DNA from: an uncultured Nitrososphaeria archaeon
GTDB lineage: Archaea; Thermoproteota; Nitrososphaeria; JACIWG01
Direction of reading: 5' to 3'
Assembly: GCA_964448685.1 (NCBI GenBank)
Contig: CAYUWR010000011.1
Location: 23,007-87,006, forward strand
DNA: 64,000 nt
In this document: one piece after another, positions 1-9,639 of the stretch
Layout of the letters: every line of letters starts with the position of its first letter
How positions within the stretch are numbered: the stretch's first letter is position 1
Notes under the pieces: model-generated
The model's input: the letters and a program-made list of their open reading frames with translations, nothing else
Told to the model about the DNA's origin: nothing
Database searches by the model: none
Program-made: the position numbers and the translations under genes

Positions 1-1074
1 ATAATAAAGACCGTCGTCGAAGAAGTCAAAAGGGCCAATGGCAAACCGTTCATAGTCCCTACAATGGGAAGCCATGGTGGCGCAACACCCGAAGGACAGA
101 CGAGGGTATTAGAAGACTTAGGCGTCACTGAAGAATATGTTGGAGCTCCAATAGAAGCCTCGATGGAAGTCAAGGAGGTTGCAAGATTAGAGAATGGCAT
201 GCCAGTTTACGTTTCTAAGGTCGCTTTAGGAGCGGATGCCATAATAGTTGTCGGAAGAGTGAAGCCTCACACAGACTTTAAGGACCAGATCGAAAGCGGT
301 CTAATGAAGATGATGGTCATAGGGCTCGGTAAACAGAAGGGTGCTGAAACATTCCATTCTTATGGAAGGTATGGTTACCATAACCTTCTAGCACCCACTG
401 CGAGAAAGATTCTAGAGAGGGCGCCGATAAAGCTTGGAATCGCGATAGTAGAAAACCAGTACCATCAGACTTCGATAATAAAGGCTCTTAGACCTGAAGA
501 GATAGAAGAAGAGGAGAAAAAGCTTCTTGTCAAGGCTAAAGAGTGGATAATGAAGATACCCTTCAGCCAAATCGACTTGCTGATTGTAGAGAAGATGGGA
601 AAGAACATTAGTGGCACTGGCATAGACCCGAACGTTACAGGCAGGTTCGCGTGGCCAGAAGAGAAGCCTAAAGATCTTCCAGACGTCAAGCTTATCATGG
701 CACTAGATCTCACGAAAGAAACTGAAGGAAACGCTATAGGAATGGGGTTGGTTGACATCATAACCAAGAGGCTATATGACAAGATAAACTTCAACGACAC
801 CTACATGAACTCTCTAACCGCAGGCGTTATAGGACTCATAGACGCGAAAATGCCTGTCGTGATGCCAAGCGATAAGGCTGCAATAGAATTGGCACTAAAG
901 CTACTGAACAAGAAGGTTGAAGAGGCGAAGGTTATGAGGATAAAGAACACACTTGACCTCGACAGGTTTCAAGTTTCAGAAAACATGAGAGAAGAAGTGC
1001 TTAAGAACCAGACGCTCGAGATTGTCGGAGAACCGAACGAGATGCTGTTCGACATACTGGGAAACCTAATCTGA
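1..1074 (+). CDS. Lactate racemase (LarA)-like / DUF2088-DUF362 family protein, 5'-truncated by the window edge
   Basis: Frame is open from base 1 (IIKTVVEEVKRANGKPFIVPTMGSHGGAT). Motifs PxMGSHGGAT, RVKPHTDF, ESGLMKM..IGLGK and GKNISGTG(I/M)DPNV are typical of this family. Confidence 0.75.
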   Translation: MIKTVVEEVKRANGKPFIVPTMGSHGGATPEGQTRVLEDLGVTEEYVGAPIEASMEVKEVARLENGMPVYVSKVALGADAIIVVGRVKPHTDFKDQIESGLMKMMVIGLGKQKGAETFHSYGRYGYHNLLAPTARKILERAPIKLGIAIVENQYHQTSIIKALRPEEIEEEEKKLLVKAKEWIMKIPFSQIDLLIVEKMGKNISGTGIDPNVTGRFAWPEEKPKDLPDVKLIMALDLTKETEGNAIGMGLVDIITKRLYDKINFNDTYMNSLTAGVIGLIDAKMPVVMPSDKAAIELALKLLNKKVEEAKVMRIKNTLDLDRFQVSENMREEVLKNQTLEIVGEPNEMLFDILGNLI

Positions 1075-1206
1075 GACTATTTCTAAACCTTCTAAAAAAA
1101 TCTGTACACAGCATAGAATTTGAGAGAGGAACGAAAGACCGAGATCTATCAGTCCAACTGTTACCCTCTAAATGTAGGCATTTCACATTATCATTTTTGG
1201 AGGCTT

Positions 1207-1345
1207 ATGTCCGAGAAGCTTAGGCGTGAGCTCACAGAGCTACTTTAGAAGGATATAGAGTTCAGCCATACTGCCGCAGGCTACATAAGATTTATCGGAG
1301 GCACACAAAATGATTGGCATAAAGTAATGGAACAAGGCTAATTCT
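1207..1345 (+). pseudogene. Remnant of the N-terminus of an archaeal coiled-coil / PD-(D/E)XK (DUF3782-type) protein
   Basis: Translates MSEKLRRELTELL*KDIEFSHTAAGYI, with TAG at 1246-1248, then frameshifts to LSEAHKM. This resembles the LLEKDxEFRYAVAGYLGLSE start of that family. Confidence 0.5.
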
Positions 1346-1402
1346 AGGAAAAGAAGTAGAGGAAACAGCTTTATATATAGACACTGTCGCAATAGTATTG
1401 GC

Positions 1403-1897
1403 ATGGGCAAGAGGGTTTTAATCAAAGGTCCAAGGGTACAAGATGTAGGGTATAGGCTTTTTCTCTTAAATGAGGCTGAAAGGTTAAGAATCTCTTGCTT
1501 TCAAGCAGATAATGTTGGAAAGGACGCTGTCGTGTTATTTGACGGAAATGAAACACAAACTGAAGAGTTCATAAAGTTTGTCAAGAACGAGTTTCCCAAG
1601 CACGCGCTTATAGAAGACGTTGAAGTATCTGATTATGGTGACAATATCACGTCTGTTGAAGCATACTCTCGAAGGCTGATGATCGAGCAGCTTGGTAAAA
1701 TAGTGGATGTAGGCCTCTCCATGCTCAACAAACAGGATGAGATGATCAACAAACAGGATGGGATGATTAAGAAGCAGGATGAAACTTTAAATGAAATTAG
1801 AGGACTCAGAAAAGATTTGAGAAGCTTTGTTGAAGAAAGGTTCGCAAAACTGGAGCATGAGATAGCTACCATAAAGGAGAAGATAGGTCTCAACTGA
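1403..1897 (+). CDS. Acylphosphatase-domain protein with C-terminal coiled-coil tail
   Basis: IKGPRVQDVGYR is a variant of GxVQGVGFR. Tail has MxxKQDx heptads. TATA-like CTTTATATAT lies about 25 nt upstream. Confidence 0.8.
   Translation: MGKRVLIKGPRVQDVGYRLFLLNEAERLRISCFQADNVGKDAVVLFDGNETQTEEFIKFVKNEFPKHALIEDVEVSDYGDNITSVEAYSRRLMIEQLGKIVDVGLSMLNKQDEMINKQDGMIKKQDETLNEIRGLRKDLRSFVEERFAKLEHEIATIKEKIGLN
1721..1783 (+). repeat. Three imperfect 21-bp tandem repeats encoding M(L/I)(N/K)KQD(E/G)
   Basis: atgctcaacaaacaggatgag / atgatcaacaaacaggatggg / atgattaagaagcaggatgaa. Confidence 0.85.
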
Positions 1898-2061
1898 TAT
1901 CCTCTCACCCCTGAAGGATTATGTTTCAATATTCGTCGGCGTTCTTCATGATGCCTTATCCGATCTGGTTATGGGCTGAGTCGGCTTAGCCCTCTGTCAT
2001 AGACATACACCCCATGGCCTACTTTGCTTCTATTCATGCCTGCTGGATCCCAGGAGCTAGG

Positions 2062-2751
2062 CTATCTTTGAAAATGGATCTTCATGGCCCTTTTTGATTC
2101 ATTTATGAGGCTATTTAGTGTTTCGAAGGCTCTCCCGACGTCCTCGCTCTTCACCAAGATCACGGTGTCCGTGTACGAACTGGTCGTATCCTCAATGTTG
2201 ACACCTGAAGAAAAGAGCTTTTCGTAAATTGATATCGCACATCCAGGCACATCAGTTATGTCCGGAGGGCTGGTTACAGATATGGCTGCCAGACCCTTCT
2301 TGAACTCTAACGAAGAAGCTTTCCCAAGAAAGTCGAAAGCCTCTTCCGAAAGATCTTCATCCATGATTATGGTTATAGCAGAAGTGCCAAGTGAGATATG
2401 TATTATCGAATGTATGTATTTTCTTATGAAGTCAGTAAACCTTATCATGATCGCCCTCGTCTTCTCGACAGTTATCTTTGCAACACCGGTCTTGACGGAT
2501 ATGTTGCTGTCCGCCAACACCATGATCACGTTCTTGTTCACCTGAGGAATGTTAGGCTTGAACCTTTTGAGCGCCGTAACTATGCTCTGATATCCGACGT
2601 CATAGCCGACCTTCTTGTCCACCATGGGCTTTATCATCCTCGCCACGGCACTATAGTTGGAGTATCCTCCCCTCATTGCCGCCTGAAGGTATATGTCGTT
2701 CGAGACTATCTCCCTGACGTAGCCTGTAATACTCTGGCCAACATTGGTCAT
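2062..2751 (-). CDS. Archaeal ACT-domain protein with helical N-terminus; putative amino-acid-sensing regulator
   Basis: NYSAVARMIKP N-terminal motif and a C-terminal ACT-like segment (SPPDITDVPG...GVNIEDTTSSYTDTVILV). Divergent from argG. Confidence 0.75.
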   Translation of the reverse strand: MTNVGQSITGYVREIVSNDIYLQAAMRGGYSNYSAVARMIKPMVDKKVGYDVGYQSIVTALKRFKPNIPQVNKNVIMVLADSNISVKTGVAKITVEKTRAIMIRFTDFIRKYIHSIIHISLGTSAITIIMDEDLSEEAFDFLGKASSLEFKKGLAAISVTSPPDITDVPGCAISIYEKLFSSGVNIEDTTSSYTDTVILVKSEDVGRAFETLNSLINESKRAMKIHFQR

Positions 2752-2763
2752 TTAGGTTGCCTC

Positions 2764-2795
2764 TTGGACAAATGTAGCCAAAAAATATATAAACT
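2764..2795. promoter_or_regulatory. Shared divergent promoter (TATA) with an adjacent imperfect inverted repeat
   Basis: AAAAATATATAAA at 2781-2793 lies about 26 nt before the argG ATG and about 30 nt before the ACT ATG. TTGGACAAATGTAGCCAA at 2764-2781. Confidence 0.55.
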
Positions 2796-2818
2796 TATCT
2801 CCTGCAAGCCACAATCCT

Positions 2819-4027
2819 ATGGTGAAAGAGAAGGTAATACTCGCGTATTCTGGAGGCTTGGATACTTCAGTGATGATAATGTGGCTTGCCGAAAAGTATG
2901 GCTACGACGTCGTCACAGCGATAGTGGACTTGGGACAAAACGAAGACTTCAAAGCCATCGAAGAGAGAGCGTACCAGATTGGGGCAATCAAACACTACAC
3001 AGTTGACGCAAAAAAAGAATTCGTGGACCACTACATCACAAAAGGCATAAGAGCCAACGGACTATATGAGGGAAAGTATCCTTTGAGCACCGCCCTCGGG
3101 AGGCCACTGATAGTGACTAAACTGGTCAAAATCGCTGAGAGAGAATCTGCCGGATGCATCGCACACGGATGTACTGGCAAAGGAAATGACCAGGTTAGAT
3201 TTGAGGTTACCGCGAAAGCGCTGAACCCACAGCTTAAGGTGCTTGCACCTGTCAGAGAATGGAATCTTAACAGGGAGCAGGAAATCGAATACGCGAGGAA
3301 GCATGGCATATTTGTCCAGAAGACAGCGAGAAAATATAGTATCGATCAAAATCTGTGGGGGAGATCGATCGAAGGCGGCTCTTTAGAGGACCCGATGCAA
3401 GAACCCGAAGAGGATGTCTATGAGTGGATCACGCCACCATCAAAGGCTCCTGACAGGCCGACATATGTTGAACTAGAATTCGAGGACGGCATTCCCGTGT
3501 CAGTCGACAGCCAAAGAATAGATCTGAAGGAGATCATATTCCTGTTGAACAAGTCAGCAGGCGAGAACGGCGTCGGCCTAATAGACCATATAGAAGACCG
3601 GCTTGTAGGCATAAAGAGCAGGGAGGTCTACGAATGCCCGGCTTCCACAACCTTGATTGAAGCTCATAAGGCATTGGAGAAGATGGTTCTGACCAGGCAT
3701 GAGCTGGCGTTTAAGGAGGCTGTTGACTCAGAATGGTCTCGGCTTGTCTACTTTGGCCTCTGGTCTGAGCCTCTGAGAGAGGACTTGGAGGCCTTCATCA
3801 AGCCGACTCAAGCTAGAGTTGAAGGAAGGGTCAAGTTGAAGCTGTACAAGGGAAGCCTTTCCATAGTCGGATTGGAGTCACCCTATTCCCTCTACGACAG
3901 ATCTCTTTCGACATATGGTATAAATTCAACGTTCGATCAAGAACATTCAGCTGGCTTCATAGAACTCTGGGGACTACAGTCAAGAATCGCCTCAGAGATC
4001 ATAAGAAAGTTGGGGGCAGACAGATGA
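2819..4027 (+). CDS. argG: Argininosuccinate synthase
   Basis: LAYSGGLDTS, HGCTGKGNDQVRF, YSIDQNLWGRSIEG, RLVGIKSREVYE. Confidence 0.98.
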   Translation: MVKEKVILAYSGGLDTSVMIMWLAEKYGYDVVTAIVDLGQNEDFKAIEERAYQIGAIKHYTVDAKKEFVDHYITKGIRANGLYEGKYPLSTALGRPLIVTKLVKIAERESAGCIAHGCTGKGNDQVRFEVTAKALNPQLKVLAPVREWNLNREQEIEYARKHGIFVQKTARKYSIDQNLWGRSIEGGSLEDPMQEPEEDVYEWITPPSKAPDRPTYVELEFEDGIPVSVDSQRIDLKEIIFLLNKSAGENGVGLIDHIEDRLVGIKSREVYECPASTTLIEAHKALEKMVLTRHELAFKEAVDSEWSRLVYFGLWSEPLREDLEAFIKPTQARVEGRVKLKLYKGSLSIVGLESPYSLYDRSLSTYGINSTFDQEHSAGFIELWGLQSRIASEIIRKLGADR

Positions 4028-5502
4028 GGGACCTACTTAGAGGCGAAAGGCTTGATAAAATGGATGAGGAAGCCTTAAGATACACAGCCTCGATCGCAGA
4101 CGATCAACCCCTACTGGATTCTATCATAATGATCAACAAGGCTCATGTGATAGCACTACATCAGGCAGGAATACTTGACAGACCACAAGCCAGCAAGCTT
4201 CTCAATGCGTTGAACATAAAGGAGGACCTTCCGAAGACATTCGAATTCGAAGATGCACATATGTTCGTCGAGCAAAAGGTCACCGAAAATGTCGGAAAGG
4301 TTGGAGGATACCTGAACTTGGGAAAGAGTAGAAATGATCAGGTGGCGACAGCCATAAGGATGACTATGAGGGCGCCGATTCTAGCCCTCGCGTCCTCAAT
4401 ATTGGACCTTGTAGAGGCAATGGTCGACAAAGCATCCAAGTCGACGACCAAGATTATCCCCTCATACACACATCTCCAAATAGCTCAGCCTTCGACGATG
4501 GCCCATTGGCTCCTAGCATACGGTGAAATGCTCATGAGAGACGTGGATAGACTTCTCGAAAACTACAATAGGGTGAACTGTTCGCCGATGGGCGCCGGAG
4601 CGTCCGCGGGAACAACAGTGAACATAGACAGACAGCTTCTGGCCAAGCTTCTAGGCTTCAAGTCGATAGTGGAGAATTCTCTAGATGCTGTTAGCTCAAG
4701 GGATTTCTTGATAGAGTTCATCTACGTAACCGCGTCGGCAGCCTTAACGATAAGTAGAATGAGCGAAGACATCAACTTCATGTCAAACAATCAAGTCGGT
4801 GTCGTGAGAGTCCCTGACGCCTACGCGTCCACCAGCAGTGCGATGCCCCAGAAAAAGAACTCGGTCGTGACAGAAATAGCTAGAGCTCGAGCAGGCACAA
4901 TAATAGGAAACCTAATGAGCGCAATCTGTACCTACAAGGCTCTACCAAGCTCCTACAACTTGGACCTTCAAGAGATGACGCCGAAGGTGTGGGAAAACCA
5001 CAGGCTTCTCAAGGAGACCGTCGACGTCTTCAGAAAGCTCATAGAGGGTTTAGACGTCGACGAAAAAAGGAGCTGCGACCTACTTGTATCAGAATTCTCG
5101 ACCGCGATGGAGCTAGCTGAATACGTCACAGTTTCGATGAAGATACCGTTCAGGGAAGCACATCACGCGGTTGGAGCATACGTGAGAAGATGCATGGAGG
5201 AAAGCTTGGATCCCAAGTCCCAGAGGGCACATTCTATCCTAATCAGCGAAGTCGAGAAATATGGCGGAAGCACATTTGGCTATGAGACATATCTTTCGCT
5301 TCTTGATCCAAGACAGAGCATCATCAAAAAGACTATATATGGCAGCCCTAACCCTTCAAACACAGAAAAGATGATACATGAAAGATGCCTACTGATAGGC
5401 AGGAGACGAAAGAGTGTCCTCGAAGAAGCGAGTAGGCTGAATAGTGTATCCTCTGAGTTGGAAAGATTCGAAAAGGAGATTATCGGAGGTGAGAGAGCGT
5501 GA
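4024..5502 (+). CDS. argH: Argininosuccinate lyase
   Basis: GKSRNDQVAT, YTHLQIAQP, SSAMPQKKN fumarase-superfamily signature. ATGA overlap with argG. Confidence 0.96.
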   Translation: MRDLLRGERLDKMDEEALRYTASIADDQPLLDSIIMINKAHVIALHQAGILDRPQASKLLNALNIKEDLPKTFEFEDAHMFVEQKVTENVGKVGGYLNLGKSRNDQVATAIRMTMRAPILALASSILDLVEAMVDKASKSTTKIIPSYTHLQIAQPSTMAHWLLAYGEMLMRDVDRLLENYNRVNCSPMGAGASAGTTVNIDRQLLAKLLGFKSIVENSLDAVSSRDFLIEFIYVTASAALTISRMSEDINFMSNNQVGVVRVPDAYASTSSAMPQKKNSVVTEIARARAGTIIGNLMSAICTYKALPSSYNLDLQEMTPKVWENHRLLKETVDVFRKLIEGLDVDEKRSCDLLVSEFSTAMELAEYVTVSMKIPFREAHHAVGAYVRRCMEESLDPKSQRAHSILISEVEKYGGSTFGYETYLSLLDPRQSIIKKTIYGSPNPSNTEKMIHERCLLIGRRRKSVLEEASRLNSVSSELERFEKEIIGGERA

Positions 5503-5672
5503 AGACCACATGTGAAATATGCGGTGGCGAAGTTGAGGTCGCAGGAGACGCGATAAAGGGAGAGATAGTAAGCTGCCCAGACTGTGGAACAGAATATGAG
5601 GTAGTCGAAGTCAAAGAGGGAAAGGCCTCTCTAAAGCCTGCAGAAGAAATCGGCGAAGATTGGGGAGAATAA
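5499..5672 (+). CDS. lysW: LysW/ArgW amino-group carrier protein (57 aa; absent from the ORF track)
   Basis: GTG start overlaps the argH stop, with SD GGAGGTGA at 5485-5492. Translates MKTTCEICGG...SCPDCGTEYEV...EEIGEDWGE*: two CxxC pairs and the invariant C-terminal EDWGE. Confidence 0.97.
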   Translation: MKTTCEICGGEVEVAGDAIKGEIVSCPDCGTEYEVVEVKEGKASLKPAEEIGEDWGE

Positions 5673-5680
5673 AGAGCAAA

Positions 5681-6535
5681 ATGCGTCTATCCATATTATA
5701 TGACAGACTAAGATGGGAAGAAAAAGCGCTCGCAGAGGAAGTAAAGAAGATGGAGTTACCGGTAGAGCTTGTCGACGCAAAAGCTTACCCTCTTGAGCTC
5801 GTAGGCGACAGTCGAATCGATCAGATCTTTGGAGAAGTTGTCCTGCAGAGATGCATGAGCCACATAAGAGGACTCTATTATGCGGCAATACTCGAGAAAG
5901 AGAGACTGGTCGTGAACAGCTTCAGCGTCCTGATGACTACCAGCAACAAGCTGCTGACCACGCTAGCTCTTGACAGGGCAGGGGTTCCAACACCCAGGAC
6001 AGCAGCAGCCTTTTCGCTAGAGTCAGCCCTCGAACAGGCAGACAGGATGGGGTACCCGCTCGTCATCAAGCCGTTGATCGGAAGCTGGGGCAAGATGGTC
6101 GCATGCCTAAGAGATAGAAGAGAGGCTGAAGCCCTCTTTGAAACAAGAGAGATGCTTCATGAGCCTCTGCAGCAGATCTACTACCTCCAAGAGTATGTCC
6201 ACAGGCCTCCGAGAGACATAAGGGCTGTCGTCATAGGCGACAGAATACTTACAACAATATACAGGTATCAGCCTGACGGCGACTGGAGAACCAACGTCGC
6301 AAGAGGTGGATATGCTGAAGTAGCATCTCTCGACAGTGAACAGAAGGAGCTGATACTGAAGGCAGCTGAAGCCGTTGGAGGTGGGGTGCTTGGCGTGGAC
6401 GCGATGGAGAGCGACAGGGGGCTCTTAGTTCACGAGATAAACGGCAGCGTCGAATTCAAGGGTGCCGCAAGCGTCTCAACAGTTAATATACCGAAGGCGA
6501 TAGCAGAGTATGCGTTAGAGAAGGCGAAAAGATGA
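5681..6535 (+). CDS. argX: ATP-grasp LysW ligase, ArgX-like (glutamate--LysW ligase)
   Basis: KPLIGSWGK, WRTNVARGG, EINGSVEFKGA (Gly after EFK, as in ArgX). Directly follows argGH-lysW. Start taken at ATG 5681. Confidence 0.8.
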   Translation: MRLSILYDRLRWEEKALAEEVKKMELPVELVDAKAYPLELVGDSRIDQIFGEVVLQRCMSHIRGLYYAAILEKERLVVNSFSVLMTTSNKLLTTLALDRAGVPTPRTAAAFSLESALEQADRMGYPLVIKPLIGSWGKMVACLRDRREAEALFETREMLHEPLQQIYYLQEYVHRPPRDIRAVVIGDRILTTIYRYQPDGDWRTNVARGGYAEVASLDSEQKELILKAAEAVGGGVLGVDAMESDRGLLVHEINGSVEFKGAASVSTVNIPKAIAEYALEKAKR

Positions 6536-7587
6536 TGGTTAAGGTTGGAATAGTAGGAGGCTCAGGATATGTGGGAGGAGAGCTTCTGAGACTGCTGCTG
6601 ACACACGGCAAGACAGAAATCGTTTCAGCCACTTCAAGACAGCATGCTGGAGAATACGTCTTCAAAATTCACCCTAACCTCAAGGGGATGACGAACCTAC
6701 AGTTTTCTGCAGAAGACCCTACGACTGTAGCTTCAAAGGCTGACATCGTCTTCCTCGCCGCACCACATGGATTATCCTGCAAGATCGTCCCAAGACTTGT
6801 GGAGACCGGCGTGAAGATATTGGACATGAGTGCGGACTTCAGACTCAAAGACCCTGCAGCATACGATAGATGGTATGGGTGGTCACATCCAGCACCCGAG
6901 CTCTTGGAGAAATTCGTGTATGGTATGCCAGAGCTTCACAGGCAAGAGTTGAAATCAGCAAAATATGTTGCGGTGCCAGGGTGCATGGCAACCTCGGCGA
7001 TCGTGAGCCTAGCACCTTTGGCCAAGGCAGAATTGATCGAAGACGTGGTCATCGTCGACGCCAAGATAGGCTCATCAGGAGCAGGAGGAAAGCCTTCGCT
7101 CTCAACCCATTTCTCTGAAAGATTTGGGGTTGTGAGAGTCTACAAGCCAGTAGCCCACCGCCATACAGCTGAAATAGAACAGGAGCTCAGAAATGTTTCA
7201 GGCAAGAAGTTGCAGATAGGAATGACAGCCCATGCAGTGAATATGGTTAGAGGAATACTAACAACCTCTCACGTTATCACAGGCGTGAAACCCGAGCCTA
7301 CGGCGGTGTGGAAGGCCTATAGAAGCATGTACAAGGATGAGCCATTTGTCAGGTTCATAATGGACAAGAAAGGCCTATACAAGTATCCGGACCCAAAGAT
7401 CACCATAGGATCAAACTTCGTAGACGTTGGCTTCGAAATAGACCCATACGTTGACAGAATAGTCGTGTTCGGGGCAATAGACAACCTCATCAAAGGAGCT
7501 GCGGGAAATGCGATACAGTCGATGAACATAATGCTCGGCTTCGATGAGAGAGAGGGACTTAACTTTCCAGCACTTCATCCGGTGTAA
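6532..7587 (+). CDS. lysY: [LysW]-aminoadipate/glutamate phosphate reductase (LysY/ArgC)
   Basis: VGIVGGSGYVGGELLRLL, DMSADFRL, VPGCMAT, IDNLIKGAAGNA. Confidence 0.95.
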   Translation: MMVKVGIVGGSGYVGGELLRLLLTHGKTEIVSATSRQHAGEYVFKIHPNLKGMTNLQFSAEDPTTVASKADIVFLAAPHGLSCKIVPRLVETGVKILDMSADFRLKDPAAYDRWYGWSHPAPELLEKFVYGMPELHRQELKSAKYVAVPGCMATSAIVSLAPLAKAELIEDVVIVDAKIGSSGAGGKPSLSTHFSERFGVVRVYKPVAHRHTAEIEQELRNVSGKKLQIGMTAHAVNMVRGILTTSHVITGVKPEPTAVWKAYRSMYKDEPFVRFIMDKKGLYKYPDPKITIGSNFVDVGFEIDPYVDRIVVFGAIDNLIKGAAGNAIQSMNIMLGFDEREGLNFPALHPV

Positions 7588-7591
7588 TAAC

Positions 7592-8398
7592 ATGGTCACC
7601 GTCGTCAAAGTTGGAGGAAGCCTCCTTAAGCTTGGAGCACCTGAGAACATATTGGCAGACTTTGTCAGAGCCTTGCAGGACGAGAAGCTTGTGCTCGTAC
7701 ACGGCGGAGGCTATGAGGTGACAGAGGTGGCTGAGAGATTGGGCAAGAAGCAGAAGTTTATCATATCACCAGATGGGATGAGAAGCAGGTACACCGACAG
7801 AGAAACGGCGGAAATATACATGATGGTCATGAAGGGAAAGATAAACTCGGAAATAGTCTTAGCCCTTCTGGCGAGAGGGATCAAGGCCATAGGAATATCA
7901 GGCTTCGATGGAGGACTTCTTCAAGCCGAGAGGAAGAAGAGACTTATCATAATAGATGAGAGGGGAAGAAGGGTTGCCATAGAGGGAGGGTACACAGGCA
8001 AAATAGTTAACGTGAACACCCACATACTGGAGACGCTACTGAGAGAAGACTATGTCCCGATCATTTCGCCGATAGCTTTAGGGACTGAAGGTGAACCCTT
8101 AAACGTCGACGGAGATAGGGCAGCCGCCTACATAGCGGGAGGGCTTAAGGCTGACAGGGCCATCTTCTTGACCGACGTCAGTGGACTTATAGTCGACGGC
8201 AAACTCGTCACAAACCTGACCATGAGCGAGGCGAAGGTGAAGATCAAGAGAGTCGGCCATGGGATGGATAAGAAGCTCCTAGCAGCAATCGAAGCCCTTG
8301 AACATGGAGCCAAAGAGAGCATAATTTCATCCGGAAACGTTGACAACCCCATCACAAACAGCCTGAGGGGTGAATCGAGGACGGTGATAAGAGGATGA
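7592..8398 (+). CDS. lysZ: [LysW]-aminoadipate/glutamate kinase (LysZ/ArgB)
   Basis: VVKVGGS, LVHGGG, SRYTD, GGYTGKI, LNVDGDRAA. Start at ATG 7592, after the lysY stop. Confidence 0.95.
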   Translation: MVTVVKVGGSLLKLGAPENILADFVRALQDEKLVLVHGGGYEVTEVAERLGKKQKFIISPDGMRSRYTDRETAEIYMMVMKGKINSEIVLALLARGIKAIGISGFDGGLLQAERKKRLIIIDERGRRVAIEGGYTGKIVNVNTHILETLLREDYVPIISPIALGTEGEPLNVDGDRAAAYIAGGLKADRAIFLTDVSGLIVDGKLVTNLTMSEAKVKIKRVGHGMDKKLLAAIEALEHGAKESIISSGNVDNPITNSLRGESRTVIRG

Positions 8399-9600
8399 TG
8401 GCAATCTTCGAAGAGATAAAGGCAGCTGAAGACAGCCACCTCACTCACACATCCCAAAAGCTTCCCATAGCGGTTGCCAGAGGAGAGGGTGCAAGACTAT
8501 GGGATGTCAACGGCAAAGAGTACATAGACTTCATGGGAGGATATGGCGTCGCAATACTTGGCCAATCCTATCCAAAGGTGATGTCTGCAGTAAGAGAACA
8601 GCTGGATAAGCTTTCCATACTACACAGTTCAATATACAGTGAGTCGAGGGCACTCTTCCTGAGGAAGCTCATGTCTGTAAGTCCAGCAGGGTTGAATATG
8701 GCCTACCTGGGCAACAGTGGAGCCGAATCCATAGAGGCAGCTCTAAAGGTCGTCATCAAATCCACGAAAAGGAAGAAGGTACTCGCCATGAAGGGAGCCT
8801 ACCATGGAAAGACACTTGGAGCCCTCTCTCTCACCTTCTCAGAAAAGTATCGCACATCATTCGATGACCTACTATACAAGGGCGTACAGTTCGCCGAATA
8901 TGGCAGCCTTGAAGACGTGGAGAGAGACAGAAACCTGGACGAATTCGCAGCCATATTCGTCGAGCCAATACAGGGTGAGGGAGGAATAAGGTTACCGCCT
9001 GAAGGATACCTCAAAGGACTACGTGAGATCGCGGACAGACATGGCAACATACTGGTCGTCGACGAGGTGCAGAGTGGGCTCGGCAGAACCGGAAAGATGT
9101 GGGCACATGAACATTGGGGGATAACCCCAGACATAATGACGGTAGGTAAAGGAATAGGAGGAGGCATCCCCATGGGGGTTACGATAGGAAAGGAAGAGTA
9201 TATGGGAACCCTTGAAGTTGGAGAGCATACAAGCACAATGGGGGGAAACCCACTATCATGCGCAGCGGGAAAGGCTGTGTTGGAAGCATTGACCGACGAC
9301 GGTGTAATCGAATACGCCAAAAAGGCAGGTGAACAGCTGATGGCAGAACTGGACAGCAGCCTCGCCAACTCGAGGATCGTCAGAGAAATCAGAGGAAAAG
9401 GGTTGATGATCGCCGTAGACCTAAAGGTCAGATTTCAAGAGATACTCTTCAAGGCTCTAGAGCTTGGCCTTCTGACACTCTATTCAGGCAAGACCGTGAT
9501 CAGACTCCTTCCACCTCTCATCGTCACCCAAGAAGACATCAGAGAGGGATCATCGACACTAAGGGAATCGTTAAACTGGTACGAAAAAGAGCACACCTGA
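8395..9600 (+). CDS. lysJ: [LysW]-semialdehyde transaminase (LysJ/ArgD), class III aminotransferase
   Basis: YIDFMGGYGV, NSGAESIEAALK, EPIQGEGG, DEVQSGLGRTG, PDIMTVGKGIGGG. Confidence 0.93.
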   Translation: MMAIFEEIKAAEDSHLTHTSQKLPIAVARGEGARLWDVNGKEYIDFMGGYGVAILGQSYPKVMSAVREQLDKLSILHSSIYSESRALFLRKLMSVSPAGLNMAYLGNSGAESIEAALKVVIKSTKRKKVLAMKGAYHGKTLGALSLTFSEKYRTSFDDLLYKGVQFAEYGSLEDVERDRNLDEFAAIFVEPIQGEGGIRLPPEGYLKGLREIADRHGNILVVDEVQSGLGRTGKMWAHEHWGITPDIMTVGKGIGGGIPMGVTIGKEEYMGTLEVGEHTSTMGGNPLSCAAGKAVLEALTDDGVIEYAKKAGEQLMAELDSSLANSRIVREIRGKGLMIAVDLKVRFQEILFKALELGLLTLYSGKTVIRLLPPLIVTQEDIREGSSTLRESLNWYEKEHT

Positions 9601-9639
9601 AGAGAAAATGTTTTAAAGGTGTCACTCGCAGTCCAAGAT

